Positions 37,516-52,600 of a DNA stretch of 64,000 nucleotides are shown here, in pieces. Both the position numbers and the translations under genes were made by a program. This DNA comes from Octopus vulgaris. Taxonomy: Eukaryota. The first letter of the stretch is position 1. The number at the start of each line of letters is the position of its first letter. The stretch lies in NCBI GenBank assembly GCA_951406725.2, contig OX597821.1:113956001-114020000 (forward strand). Reading direction: 5' to 3'. The notes beneath the pieces were generated by a model, which was not told where the DNA came from, did not search any database, and saw nothing but the letters and a program-made list of their open reading frames with translations.

Positions 37516-38827
37516 AAATGAGTAAAAAGATAAATATAATAATGTGTGTGTGTGTGTTATTGTTGAAGTTGTTGCTTAAATCCCAGGTTGCTCCAGATCT
37601 TGTAGACATAATGAATATGTGAGCCGATCCTCCCGTGACCTTCTCGCTTTTCGGACATGATTTACCTGGGACTGTATTAAACATTGTATTGCAGCTGCTT
37701 TCACCAATCTCTTCTCGCTTCTCTCTCTCTCTCTCCCCTCTCTCTCTCTCTCTCACTCACTCACACACACACACATACACACACACATACTCTCTCTTTA
37801 CCCCTCTCTCTTACATTCTCTCTCTTTTTTTCGCTCATTGTTCAGATTTAACTCTTTCCGTCTTCCTACACCGCACTCTTTTCTCTTTCTCCCAATCTCA
37901 CTCTCTCTTTCTCTCTCCTTTTCTCTTTCTTCCCCCCTCTCTCTCTCTCTCATTGTTCAAATTTAACTCTTACCCTCTCTTCCTCTCTCTCTCTCTTACT
38001 CTCTCCACCTATCTCTTTCTCTCTCCTTTTCTCTCGATTTCTCCTTTCTTTCTTTCTTTCTCTCTCCTTTTCTCTCTCTCTCTCTCTCTCTCCTTCTCTC
38101 TTATTAGCAGAACACTGTTTCACTTCCTTCATTCTAAAACATGAGTGACAGGGAAAAACCCTCAACACACAAACTAGCCACTTGAACTTCGTTTTCACAC
38201 AAACTTTATCAACAGATTTACTGTTAAACAAACACACATCGCTCTTTAGACTAAATAGGATTTAGTTATCTGCTTCAATTTTTTAAAGCTATTTCGTTTT
38301 TTTTAAAAATTATTTACCTGTCCTAAGCATTTTCATAAGTTTGTTTGAAACGTCCACGCTTGTCTTCAGTTTTTTGGTCCGCCCGTTTTTTCATACGTTC
38401 TGAGTAATACAAGCGTCCCTTTCATAAGTCCCAACTTGATTGAAAAAACGGGGATCTGTATCATATATAATGCATGATTGCCAGAGAAATATGTCCTGTG
38501 ATACACAGAACAAACAAACAGTCAAAACAAAGAAGTCACGATGTGATTTGAGTAGAACCAGTAAGTTACTTCTAACGAGGGCAGTAACTGTACAATGGTG
38601 TCCCCGTTGCAAATTGATTGTTGTTATTGAAAACGAAGCATTCTCAATTGATTAGTCGCTTTTTTGGACCCAGTACAGACTAGCAGACGATTTTGAAAGA
38701 GATATTGAAACACTGCGACTGAATGGCTCTTATCTTTTAGGGCAATTCATCACGCTTGACGTATGCTGTAGATGAGAAGAGGAAATCTGGGCTTTGGGAT
38801 GTAATGTTGGATTTGAACAAAACGTAT

Positions 38828-38908
38828 TGTCTCTAGAACAGATAAATGGATGTCTCTAGAACAGATTGTCTCTAGAACAGATTGTCTCTAGAACAGATAA
38901 ATGGATGT
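38828..38908. repeat. Short tandem repeat of TGTCTCTAGAACAGAT (4 copies, two followed by AAATGGA)
   Basis: Directly visible. Confidence 0.85.
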
Positions 38909-41392
38909 TTTAAAAATGATTATGGAAAAGTTGACTGATTACTATATACACGTGTTGGAATTTGGAATTTGGATACCTGTTTGTGATTTCTGCAGATAAA
39001 AAACACATACCCGCATGCATATAGCTATATATAAAGGTGTGTGTGTATGTATGTGTGTATGTGTGTGTGTGTGTGTGCGCGTGTTTGTGTGTGTGTGTGT
39101 GTGTGTGATATCAATAGTTCATGTATCCGATAAAAGAAGCACACTATTAGAGAAGTGGCTGTGTTGTAAGAATCTTGCTTCCCAGCCTCGTGGTTTCGAG
39201 TTCAAATCCATTGCGTGGCACCTTCGGTAAGTGTCTTCTACTATAGCCTCGGGCTGACCAAAGCCCTGTGAGTGGACTTGGTAGACGGAAACTGAAAAGA
39301 GCCCGTTGTGTATATGGCGTTCCTTCGACCGGACTGGTCATGATTTTCTGAGCTCCTCGCTCAATCCCTCCCTTTAGGTCAGTTTTCATTTCTCCTTTGC
39401 GTTACCCATTTTTGTCTTGTCTTGCGGCCCTAAGACTTTTTATGCTGTATATGTATCATTTTCATATTAACTGTTGCTTTCGTGTGGCCCTAGTCTTTAT
39501 TCTGTTTATTCGCCCGTCTACTAACGGTCTCGTCTAGAGCCCATTTCGTCTTGTTACGTTTTGGTCCCACTCCCGGCAAGTTTCTTACCGGTGCCTTAAG
39601 AGTAGTAGCAATATTACCGATAATGGCTGAAATTGCGTTTTGAGCCTCTGGTCGATAACTGAAGACGAGTTGGCGACCGTCCGTGTTTCCTGTTCGTTTG
39701 TGTATTTAGTCTATATTACTTAGAGGATATGTTAACTTCGCGAAGGGATGGTTTCATCCAAGGAAATACTGGTTGAATACCTAGTATTGTTGAGGAAGGA
39801 AATTCCCTTAAAACAATAGGTATATATTAAGCATATAGTTATATCCAGTTAAAAGAAGAAAAGAACATGGATATAAGGAAGTTAACAATTATTTATTATT
39901 AACAAATTAGTCGCTTTCGCTTCTTACAGCCGTTTCAATTAATACTCAATAATCTAATTGCAAATTTGTACATTAAATTTGCATTTATGTGAGATGTGCT
40001 TAATTTCATCAGAGAAAAAAGATGTACCTTGGGATGTTATATGTGGACCTGTCAATTCATATCATATATATATTTGTGTATGTCTTTGTGGTTGTATTTG
40101 TCCCCCACCCCACCCCCATCACTACATGACAACCAGTGTTAGTGTCTTTACGTCCCCGTAACTTAGCAATTCTGCAAAAGCGGACGATCGAATAAATACC
40201 AGGCCTTAAAAAATAAGTCCTGGGGTCGATTTGTTCGACTAAAACCATCCAAGGCGGTGCTCCAGTATGGCCGCAGTAAAATGGCTGAAACACGTTAAAG
40301 AATAAATAAAAGAACAATGTATTCTTTAGGAAGTCAAAAGTTATGGGCCGATCATAGAGTGACCGTTGGTTTCACTCCCAAAAAGCGCTTAGCAGCATAG
40401 GCAAATCCTCAGACTCAAATGACTGAAGGCGCAGTCCCCTGTACACCTGAGCGCTTTATAGATGCGAAACAATGGTCACTTTATGACGGCATATGTATGC
40501 CCATGATTAAACGTCGGTAATATACTGGTAGTATAATGGATACTTTTATCCCTTAAAAGGTTATTTTTGCCTCTAACTCAACTAACCTATATATATATAT
40601 ACATATATATATACATATATATATATATATACATATGTGGGAAATTCCGTCTGTGGGTGTGTTTATGGAGTTGTTATCTAACTCCTCCTACATCATTTTA
40701 TCACGGCATACTCAGATTGTTGGAAAAATCGATAATAGGGCCCCTGGAGGGGATCTTTATATATATCTAATATATTTCATTTTAACAGTCGAAGGAAATA
40801 ACCCATTCATTTTCCTAAATAATTTGGTATAAATCAAATTGAATATGCTTATCGCAATTTATCCAGTACAACCCTTAAACAAGTAAATAGTATTTTCCTA
40901 AACAATAGATCCACTTATTTCGGTTAGTGACTAATTCACGAATATACCAACACTAGTAGCCGCTGTGGGTGATATTCTGTGGTAACGCACAAAATCCCTT
41001 TTCTGAGTTATTTACTTTGAATTGTTATTATCTCATATCTCATTACCCTTTTATTACGTAACATGCTTCACGATTTTAAAATACATACCTTATTAGTATT
41101 CCTACTCTGGGAACGTATTAAGGCCCCTTCGGGGGCTACTTTATTTGAATTCTTACTATTGGGTAATTCATTTCATGTTATTACGTAACTAACCTCCCAA
41201 TTTGGGCATTCATAACTTATTGGGAATTCCTAAAAACAAGATCTTATGTAAGACAGTTTATTTCTCAATAAGTACAGAAAAACTGTTTTAAGAGCTACAT
41301 ACTTTGTATTGTTGTTATTGGATTAGCGAAACAATTATGAGAATGGAACCAACGGATAAGTCCCACTTTCCTGGGAATCACCGGGTCAGCTA

Positions 41393-41466
<74 letters not shown>

Positions 41467-41468
41467 AA

Positions 41469-41561
<93 letters not shown>

Positions 41562-42148
41562 TCGGATTTAACCTTATTCGGACCAGATTATTCGTTCTTT
41601 TCCCCACGGGTTGACGTTTCCCTTTTACGGTCATGTTTATCAATGACGGCTACAGGATAAACATCAACTTATATCTCTATATCTGCTACTAAATATGTGA
41701 GTGAAATCAAACTAGCAACATTTTCTTCTCACTTCATTGTATTATTTGTTTGTTTGTTTTTTTCCTCTTTTTTTCTTTTTTTCATTTCAATAAAGATCTA
41801 CTTTTCGCTGCTATATAAAAATAGCTCTGTGAAACTCCATTATTTCTTTTATATGAAGTAGTTAAAAAAATATTTACTAAGTCAAACTATTTATCTAAAT
41901 TGAAACCACTTCACAGCGAAAACGCTTCGACATCAAATATTTTTCGTTGCCCTAAAAATGGCTGTTCTAGATAACAATTGTTATTCTAACTTAGGAGATG
42001 CTATTCGATTTTCTGGTGTCAACCCAAACCAGTTAATGTAGCCATTGAGAGGAGATGGAAAATGTAAACAAAGCGCCGCCATCATCGCCATCATTCGACT
42101 CTCAGATAGCTGAGTATGAAACTGATCCATCACCACAAATGACGGCAG

Positions 42149-42192
<44 letters not shown>

Positions 42193-42494
42193 CATCAACA
42201 TATAGCTTTAAAGCAATTTAAAACCGCTGTTTAAAAATAGGTTTTGCAAATTCTAAGCTATCGTTTAACAACAGAGGAATTTTTGATGCGTTTAACGTAA
42301 AATTCCCTAATTACTGTCTTATTAATGACTTAATGATGATGATATTAAGACATGCGATAACACATATTAGGTCAATGTTTCTCAAAGGGAGCAGGGAATG
42401 ATACATCTTTTAATTGCCCTAATTTTCAGAAATATTTAAAGTTTTTTTTTTTTTTTCAGTGTGCGAATCATCTGCTAATATTAATGGTTGAAGT

Positions 42495-42712
42495 AAGGCG
42501 ACGAACTGGCAGAATCGTTAGCACACCCGACAAAATGCTTAGCGACATTTCGTTTGTCTTTACATTCTGAGTTCAAACTTCGCCGAGGTCGACTCTACTT
42601 TTATATTTTCGAAGGTCGATAAAATAAGTCCCAGTTAAGTACTGGGGTCGATGTAATCGACTTACTCCCCACCCCGAAGTTGCTGATCTTCTGCTAAAAA
42701 GTTTGAACCTAA
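42495..42712 (+). mobile_element. SINE-B, alternative tail
   Basis: AAGGCGACGAACTGGCAGAATCGTTAGC...GAGTTCAAACTTCGCCGAGGTCGAC. Confidence 0.8.
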
Positions 42713-43249
42713 TATCCATGACTGAAATATTGCTATCATATTTCCAATAATATTTCAATGGTGATCAACCTGTCAGCAGCAATATTTTTTGGAGTGTTTT
42801 GCTGAATCTCGTAAGGCGGCGATGATGTACTACGGAATGTGAGAAACTCTGAAGTACATTATCAATATTGTTTGCATACAGCTGTTATCATGTTTAAAGA
42901 ACATCTAGAAAATGTCTGCAACATGTGGCAATGAAATAACGTAAACAATGCGGATGGATAACAAAACAAGAGGTAAACATCAACACAACGGAATTCGACA
43001 TTTAAATGTCATTATAAGGTGTAAGGTGAATATTTTCTCACCAGACAAACTACATCGTATGAAGAAAAACCACTAAGATGTATGGCAGAGCTTCTATACT
43101 CCAATCCCGCGAGGAGAAATTAATAAATTTAAATCTCGATCTCAAACTAATGCTGATCGGGAACAATTGGAGAAACAGGGGAATGAGAGATAAAAGAGAA
43201 GAGCATATTTGAGGAAATCGGATATACTTAAAATATTTAATTCTATCGA

Positions 43250-43455
43250 TAACTATCGTGAGTATTACGTTCGAGAATCACTGCGATAGGTGAAAATCCG
43301 CGATGTAGAAACAGTACTGTATATCTATCATTATTATTTTTATAAGTTGTATGTATTTATTTTATTATAAATGCAAAACAACACCGCGGAGGAATCGACG
43401 TAAGCTTAAATAACAAACCGCGATAAGTGAACCACGATATGACGAGGGATTACTG
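43250..43455. mobile_element. pogo/Tigger-like MITE remnant
   Basis: Right end revcomp TA|CAGTAATCCCTCGTCATATCGTGGTTCACTTATCGCGG resembles a Tigger-type TIR. The left TIR is eroded, but internal CGCGA repeats remain. Confidence 0.6.
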
Positions 43456-44357
43456 TATTAGTTCGTTGAGTTAAAAACGAAAGCTCGAATCGTGACGTAG
43501 TGTAACAAGGACGAGTCCAAAAACGTCAGCACCTCCTATCAACGGCAGCGTCATCCCCAAGCTTACGAAAAACATAGCCATGTTTGACTTCTTTGTGGTT
43601 TCACCATCATGATCATGATCATCATCATCATCATCATCATCAAGGTCAGCCCATGAATATTACGGTTTCCAGTCTTAGGACGTATAGGGCCGGTTACTCA
43701 GTTTCCTTGGCAGAGAAGTGACTCAGATCACAACAGTATCCCCGAACGGGACTTCAGTCAGTCACAAGATATTTATTTACAGTTGAGTAGACTGGAGTAA
43801 CATGAAATGAAGTGTTTTGCTCAAGAACACAACGCACTGCCGAGTCTAGGAATCGAAACGACGATCTAGCTCTCTGTTGAGGTACGCTAACCCAGCAATT
43901 CTGCAATAGAAAGTCGCCTGAAGAGGTCTGGATCGAGACGTACCAATTTTTTTTCACCAGTTTACTTTGAAACCAAAACGCATTTTCTTAAAAACTTAGT
44001 TGATATTTTCCAAAAATCGGGATTAGATGATATCACAGGAGTTATCTCCCGTGCTTAATATTTTTAGATTTTAAAAAGCATTGGAAGGAGTTTCTTGTCC
44101 CCTTGATTGCAAAAATGGTTTCATTTAAATTTTCAACTGAATGCTCTTGCATATTTGAGGCTCTAGCATGTATATCCAGAACCATTTGCTAAGGTTACAC
44201 TGTGTGCACGAAATTACTCCCTAGAATTTAAAAGAGAAAATTTAATTGTCTGTCACAATATTCTTCAAAATATACAACCCTCATTGTGTGAATTCTAAAA
44301 TTGAATAAGGTCCTTTATTAGAAGAGATTTAAAAGCAACATGCACCACTCATAGGCA

Positions 44358-44491
<134 letters not shown>

Positions 44492-44501
44492 CGTATATAT
44501 T

Positions 44502-44551
<50 letters not shown>

Positions 44552-44578
44552 TTGCTAATGCTTTAAGATTTTAGACAC

Positions 44579-44916
44579 TTCGAGAAAACGTGAAATATTT
44601 CGTTTTTAACAGTTCAACTCGAAGTAGATGAAGCTATAAGCATGAAATATTGTGTTAAAAAAAATCTTAGGACAAAAAAGTTGAAGGTTGCCCGTGAGAC
44701 TCGAACCGACATCTTCGAGTTCAACCGTTGAAAACAAAATATTTCACGTCCTCCCGAATTTTCTATGACATAAACAACCGAAAATGCTCGCGAATAAGAA
44801 TAAAGTCTCTAAAATGCGATTCGAGAAATTCGCAGTATTGCTTTGGTCCAATGATAGAGCATCTGTCATGTTTAAAGAAGATGCGGGTTCGTTTCGCACG
44901 GGCGACCTTCAACTTT
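44579..44916. repeat. Interleaved inverted repeats A-B-A'-B' including a tRNA-like segment
   Basis: A 44579-44624 / A' 44713-44758 and B 44677-44716 / B' 44877-44916. B' carries GGGTTCG preceded by the A-box-like TGGTCCAATGAT. Confidence 0.7.
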
Positions 44917-44997
44917 CTCTATTCAAAAGGATCTTTTGACCCCAATATTTACACACTATTATATGTGGCTTTATCTTCTTCGAATTCAACGAATGTA

Positions 44998-45234
44998 TTC
45001 TTTTATTCTCTTACTTGTTTCAGTCATCGGATTGAGGCCATGCTGGAGCACCGCCTTTTATTCGAACAAATTTATCCCCCAGGACTTATTCTTTGTAAGC
45101 CTAGTATTTATTCTATCTGTCCCTTTTATCAAACCACTACGTTACGGGGATATAAGCATACCAGCATTGGTTGTCAAACGATGATGGGTGGGGGGGGGGG
45201 ACAAACACAGACACACACACAAATTTATACATAC

Positions 45235-45320
<86 letters not shown>

Positions 45321-45925
45321 GACGGGTTTCTTTCCGTTTCCGTCTACCAAATCCACTCACAATGCTTTGGCTGGCCTGATGCTATAGTAGAAGACATTTG
45401 CCAAAGGTGCCATGCTGTCGGACTGAATCCGGAACCACACACCCACGCGTGCGCCTATGTTTCCTATCTTTCATCCTTTACCAGTTTCAGTCATTGAACT
45501 GCGGCCATGCTGGGACACCACCTTTAAGGGTTCTAGTCGAACAAATCGACAGCAGCACTTATTTTTTTTTAATTCCAGTACTTATTCTATCGGCTCTTTT
45601 TCCGAATGGCTAAGTTACGGGGACATAAACATACCAGTACCGGTAGTCAAGCGGTGGTCACACACGCACACATACACACACATATGTGTGTGTGCGTGTG
45701 TGTGTGTATGTATATGTGTGTATGTATGTATGTATGTATGTATGTATGTATGCGTGCATGCATGCATGCATGTATGTATGTATACGGCGGGCTTCTTTCA
45801 GTTTCCGTCTACCAAATCCACTCACAAGGCTTTTAGTCGGACCGTTGCTATAGCAGAAAACACTCGCTTAAGGTGGGACTGAACCCAGAACTATGTGATT
45901 GGGAAGCAAGCTTCTTATCCCACAA
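44998..45925 (-). mobile_element. Two tandem near full-length SINE-A copies
   Basis: Tail-core-head repeated at 44998-45460 and 45470-45925, each with an internal microsatellite. Confidence 0.85.
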
Positions 45926-46124
45926 CTCACATACATACATATATATATACGCACATAATATATGTGTGTGTGAGGATATGTATGCACCTATACGTAAAAA
46001 TATAGGTTTAACAAATACTTACGTCTATAGGGCGAGAGTGAAAAAAAACGCACGAGAAAAGCACAGATTCTTTTTATCCATTTGCACACACACACACACA
46101 TATACACACATACAGACACACAAC

Positions 46125-46159
<35 letters not shown>

Positions 46160-46531
46160 GCACGCACATTACCACCCCCGTCACCACGGACACATTCACG
46201 CCCATTTATACATTTATGTATAAGAGTGATTGTATATCATAATGTCGCATGTTATTTTTATAAAAGCATGTGTTGTTGTTGATAAAGAAGCGTGGAGATT
46301 TCTAGAAGGCGTGAGAAAGAGATAAAAAAAGAGAAGAACAACAAGACTGAGAACAGACCAGACGAAGGAGGAGGGGGTGAGTGAGAACGTAATGAGTTGA
46401 TAGGGAGCAAAAAAAAAGGGGGCAAAAGAGTGGCAGGAAGAGAAGAGATCAGAGAGAGAGAGAAAGTGATGGAGGGGTTTTGTGTGGGAGAGGAACACGC
46501 TTATACGAGACCAAGAAAAATATAAATGTGT

Positions 46532-46574
<43 letters not shown>

Positions 46575-47194
46575 CACACACACACACACATTATATATAT
46601 ATAATATATATAAAGAGACGGGGAGAGAGAGTGAGGGAGAGAGAAAAATACGCTACTAACGAAAAGCTTCCGACATTTATATTCATTTCTGTGCGAAATA
46701 TCACACCAGGGTGGTACTTAATAATTTCAGCATTCTCCTCAAGAATGGTATGCGACGTAATTCATTTGTGTGAGAAATTTTAAAATTCCAGAAGTTTCTC
46801 AGCTTCGTTTTAAGCACTGGGCTTAGCTTCCTCCATGTTTCTCTCTCTCTCTCTCTCTCTCATTCTCACTCTCATTCTCTCTCTCTCTTCTCTTCTCTTT
46901 CTCTCTCTCTCACTTTCTCTCTGGATTCCATCGATGTCGTTCTGGCTTTTGATCTCTAATATATTGTCTTGTGAATGAATTTGATTGACGGTAACAGTGC
47001 AAGCCCGTCACACACGCACACACACGCGCGCGCATACCCCCTCCCCCCACGCGCGCGCGCATATCTTATTTGGAGTTTAGGCCAGCTAAGCCACCGTCGG
47101 ACTGTACGATCAATGGCTTCACTGGCCGAAACTTCGAAGTCACTGACAATAAAATCCTTGTTTAAGAATAATAAATTCATAGAGGACCCCATTA

Positions 47195-47329
47195 CATGCT
47201 GGAGCACCACCTTTAGTCGAAGAACTCGACCCCAGGACTTATTCTTTGTAAGTGTAGTACTTATTCTATCGTTCTCTTTTGCCGAAGTGCTAAGTTACCA
47301 GGACATAAACCCACCAACATCGGCCGTCA

Positions 47330-47395
<66 letters not shown>

Positions 47396-47557
47396 CGACG
47401 GGCTTCTTTTAATTTCCGCCTACCAAATCCACTCCCAAGGATTTGGTCGGCCCGAGGCTATAGTAGAAGACACTTGCCCAAGATGTCACACAGTAGGACT
47501 GAACCCAGAACTATGTGGTTGGGTCGCAACTTTCTTACCACAGCCACGCCTGCGCCT
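47195..47557 (-). mobile_element. SINE-A near full length
   Basis: Ends in CACAGCCACGCCTGCGCCT (revcomp of the head). Confidence 0.85.
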
Positions 47558-48303
47558 ATATATATATAATATGTGACAATTATTCGAAACTCCGAATTTC
47601 GGATGTCGGGGCGGAAACCCACGCCGGCATCTCTTCAGTTATCGAGACATCGAAAAAGATGCTATGAAAATGACCGTGAAACAGAAAAATTACTGTGTGA
47701 TTGACCGTTATTAAGACAAAAGACCCATTAAAATGACCGCTAAGTAATGGGAGGGAGTAAAGGTAAGGGAGTAAAAATGTTCATAGTAATCGCGTAAGCG
47801 TGCATGTCCATACCTACACATGCGCGCCCGAATACCCACGTACTTTCGTCTATAAGTATATACTCATCCACCCTCACTTGAAACACACGTTCACCCACAC
47901 ATTCGCAAAACAATATATACATACCCTCATAGACGCTCGCACACACAAACACACACGCACAAAAAAGGTTCATAGACACATCTATATACACATATGCACA
48001 AGAAGAAACAGGGCTAAACGCAAAATACAGGATAATGTGTTAAAAAGTGTTAAAAATAAGCAATAAGAGTGAAACATCTATTTCCGCGCATACTCGCATG
48101 TACTCTTTCTCATACTCTTTCTTCCTGTTTCTGTTGTACCTGTATTTCGAAGGGCCAGCCTTATCACACTCTGAGTCACGCTAAATCTCCCCGTGTCTGT
48201 AGAGTGCTCAGCCACTTGCACGTTAATTTCACGAGCAGGCTGTTCGGTTGATCGGATCAACTGGAACCCACGTCGTCGCAACCGACGGAGCACCACGAAT
48301 ATA

Positions 48304-48354
<51 letters not shown>

Positions 48355-49531
48355 CAACTGACGTTGATTTGTTCAACTAAACCCTCCAAGGCGGTTCCCC
48401 AGCATGGTCGCCGTCCAATGATTGAAACAAGTAAAATGTAAATAAAAGAAATTTATAATGCTAATTCCAGAGCCGTTGAAGTCAGATATCTTACTAGGCA
48501 TTCATGTACGCCTTTGTGTCAGTGTTTGTCTTCCACCACCGCGTGACAACCGGTATTGGTGTGTTTATGTCCCCGTAACTGAGCGGTTCGGCAAAATGAC
48601 CGATAGAATAAGTATTAGGTTTGAAAAAAAAAAGAAGAGAACTGGGTTCGATTCATTCGACTTATAGTTCTTCAACGCTGTGCCCGAGCATGGCCGCATT
48701 CTAATGACTGAAACAAATGAAAGATTAAAAAAAAAAGATAAAAGATATGGATGTAGACATATTTTTGAAGAAATCAATTTTACGTGTTTTATTTATCTTT
48801 TATCCTCCATTTTGTACGTGTTTCAGTCATTGTTCTGCGGCCATGCTGGGGCACCGTCCAGCAATCGAACCTAATACTTATCTCTTTTTATCTGATGCTA
48901 ATATTATCGATCTCTTTTCCCGAACTGCTAAGTTACGGGGACGTAAACAAACCAGCGCCGATTGTTAAGCGATGCAGACTAAACAAAAATACACCTTGTG
49001 CACACACACACACACACACACGCACAAATATGTGTGTGGTTGTGCTCTGTATGTCTGTGCGTGCACCAGGGGTTTCCGTCTACCAAATCCTCTCAGAAGG
49101 CACTGGGCGGTCCAGAACTATAGAAGACACTCACGCAAGATGCTGTGCTGGAACTATGTGGAAGCAAAGCAAACCTCTGAACCACACAACAAGGCCTATG
49201 GAATTATTTCAAACTTCAGAGATAAATGAAAGTTGAAAATAGTAAGATAAAATGTAAAAACAAAAGCCAATAAAAGAAGGTCTATGTAACTCTTTAATTT
49301 GCTAGAAATATCAGCCAAATCTTTTTCAAATCGTACCATATCGTCTGGAAGGAAGGACACATTTTAAACGTCGTCCTTGATATACGAGGATAAAAAAGCG
49401 GGTTTGTTTACTAGATGGCGCATCAATATCGATAGGTCTGCTCGCTCAGGACTAACCTGAAACTAAACAACAACAACAACTACTACTACTACTACTACTA
49501 CTGCGGCTGCTGCTTTGTTTGTTTGTTTGTT

Positions 49532-49885
49532 GAGCGAAGCGGTCTTCGTCCCAGTGGGAGAAATCCAAAACGTGGTCCTTTGCTATTCGTAAGACCCGTT
49601 GAAGAGAAAGCAGGTCAACCCCCGACACCGAGAGCATCGACGGATGGATGAATGCGCATCCAGGCTCAGCGGTCGCATAGGAAGTCGGGGACAAGAAACA
49701 GGAAGAAAGAGTGAGAGAAAGTTTGGGCGAAAGAGTACAACAGGGGTCGCCGCCGACCCCTGCCGGAGCCTCGTGGAGTTTTAGGTGTTTTCGCTCAATA
49801 AACACACAGAACGCCGGTCTGGGAATCGAAACCGGATCCTCCGACAGCGAGTCCGCTGCTCTAACCATTGGACCATTGCGCATCC
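49532..49885 (-). mobile_element. SINE-C, tail type 3
   Basis: Head GGATGCGCAATGGTCCAATGGTTAGAGCAGCGGAC...GGTTTCGATTCCC and middle CTTTCTCTCACTCTTTCTTCCTG are shared with 4531 and 5016. The 3' part differs and ends in (AAAC)n/(AGT)n. Confidence 0.8.
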
Positions 49886-50427
49886 AACTGCTGCTGCTGC
49901 TGCAACAGATTCAAAGATTGGAGCTCCATTTGTTGGAAACACGTTAAAACACGTTCAAGTCCTTTCCCCAGTTCGTTAGCTTCACGCATTATACACGCAT
50001 TAAACATGTATGCATGTATACAACGTATAAAACGTTTTCTAACATAGGTACATGTCTGCAGAATTTTGAGTGAAAAGGAACATGTGGGATTTGTTTTCTC
50101 ACTAAATTTGAGGGAATTATGTCGATTCCTGTATTCCAGTTGTACTTATTTTATCGACCCCGGAAGAATGAAATACAAATTTGACCTTGACAGCATTAGA
50201 AATCAGAACGAAAAGAACCCTAAATAAGTATCAAATGGCATTTTCTTTGTCCTTCTAGCGATTCTGGCACACGCATGACTCGTCTTTCTAGACGGACACA
50301 CCTAATTGGAAGTTAAATTTAGCGCCCCAATATTAAACGTATCCTCGTTACACCGTGACATTTCCTGCATTCCGTAGGCTGCTTCCCCACAAACCGCTAC
50401 TGCCTAAATACTTGTACAACTACGCAT

Positions 50428-50491
<64 letters not shown>

Positions 50492-50526
50492 TACTTTAAT
50501 ACATACTTTAAAACAGTCTCTATCCA

Positions 50527-50601
<75 letters not shown>

Positions 50602-50838
50602 ATCTATCTATATCTATCCTTCTCTTTCTCCCTGTATGTATATACATATATGTTTGTATGTATGTGAGTGTGCGTAGCTGCCTGCGTGTATGCATGTGTG
50701 TGTGAATACATATAAATAGGCGTAGAAATATATATATAAATACACACGCACACGTACATATATGCAAACATCCTCACGTACACAATCACATACACACATC
50801 AATCCACCATCTACCTACCTACCAACCTACCTACCTTA

Positions 50839-50900
<62 letters not shown>

Positions 50901-51123
50901 ATATATAATGATAATCGATTAAGTAACCAGAAAATGGATTTGATGTTATAAAGATTTATGCCAAATCCATCTTCTATCGTTATCTCAACTAACACTGAAG
51001 AGTTCCTGAACTAGATCCAACGGAAATATACTCCAACTGCGAATGACACCAGGTAGCCCAAACCGTACCAGTGCTTTACTCAACACCTCAAAACTCTTAT
51101 CGACACATACCCATTAGTTCAAA

Positions 51124-51154
<31 letters not shown>

Positions 51155-51201
51155 TCACTCACACACATACACACACACACACACATACACACATTATTAT
51201 T

Positions 51202-51233
<32 letters not shown>

Positions 51234-52204
51234 TATTATTATTATTGTTGTTGCTGTTGTTGTTGAGACGTCGCACACCAGCTGATCTCAGTACACACCC
51301 GTTAGTCGAGCTGGGAAACTTGTAAGAGATCCGTACTGCATACGATGATTTACTATAACATACATACATGCATTACATCAATATTGTGTCAACGTGAACG
51401 TAAACACACCAACACCGGTTGTCAAGCGGTGGTGGGGGGACATACACGGATACAAAGATACACACATGCACACACAGGTATGTATACATGCGACGGGCCT
51501 CCTTTCAACCTCCGTCCACGAAATCCACTCACAAGGCTCTGGTTGGCCAGAGGCTACAGTAGAATACACCTGCCCAAGGTGCCGCGCAGCGGGACCGAAC
51601 CCAGAGCTAAGTGGTTGGGAAGTAAGCCTTTCATCACATAGCTACACCTGCGCCTGGTTCAAATATAATTATTTCTTTTAATTAGTAGATTTCAAAAACT
51701 ATAGTATTAAAACATAATTAGCGCTAATAAAATACTGTAATTAAATTAATTAATGCCATTTAAATATTACAGTATTTAATTTAATTAGCACCGTTGAATT
51801 GCTGTAGTAGTTTACACGATTAACACTAATTAAACGCCGTATTAGTTAATTACTTTACGTATAGAGTTCAAAATCTCGCAGGTGGTCAAGTCACTCAGTA
51901 TTCCACGGTTATTAAAACAAGTACCAGTAAAATACTTGGGTCAATTTAATCGATCATTGACCCCTTCCCAATATATAGCCACGTTACAATATCAGAAATC
52001 AGCTTTCATTTGTTATATTGGCACAAAACCATAAACTGTAGAGAGATAGGGAGAGAGAGACACAAAGGTAGAGAAAAAGAAAAGGTGAAAGAAAGAGGGA
52101 GAGAGAGAGAGAGAGAGTAAGAAAGGAGAAAGGAAGACAGAGAGAAAGAGAGTCATAGAATATTCTCAATACTTGGCTGTTCTTCATTTTATGAACCCCT
52201 GGAA

Positions 52205-52322
52205 GATGGTTCCGGGTTCAGTCCCACTGCGTGGCATCTTGGGCAAGTGTCTTCTCCTATAGCCTCAGGCCGACCAAAGCCTTGTGAGTGGATTTAATGA
52301 ACGGAAGCTAAAAGAAGCCCGT

Positions 52323-52380
<58 letters not shown>

Positions 52381-52600
52381 TGTTTGTGTGTGTGTGTGTG
52401 TGTGTGTATTTGTATGTTTGTCCTCCCATCATCGCTTAACCAATGTTGGTGTATGTACATCCTCGTAACTTAGCATTTCGACAAAGGAGACCGATAGAAT
52501 AAGGACTAGGCTTACAAAGAATAAGTTATGGTGTCGATTAGTTCGACTAAAGCCTGTGCTCTAGCATGACCGCAGTCAAATGACTGAAAAAGTAAACAAA
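52205..52600 (+). mobile_element. SINE-A
   Basis: Core, internal (TA)n(TG)n and tail. Confidence 0.85.

Noticed and set aside
38828-38908. Repeat-spacer-like array resembling CRISPR
   Set aside because: The units are 16 bp with identical or no spacers, the context is eukaryotic, and there are no cas genes. It is a simple tandem duplication.
41981-42150. Possible plus-strand exon after CTAACTTAG
   Set aside because: All three frames hit stops within about 75 nt and there is no clear donor.
44728-45387. 219-aa ORF
   Set aside because: It runs through an inverted repeat, an antisense SINE-A and microsatellites.
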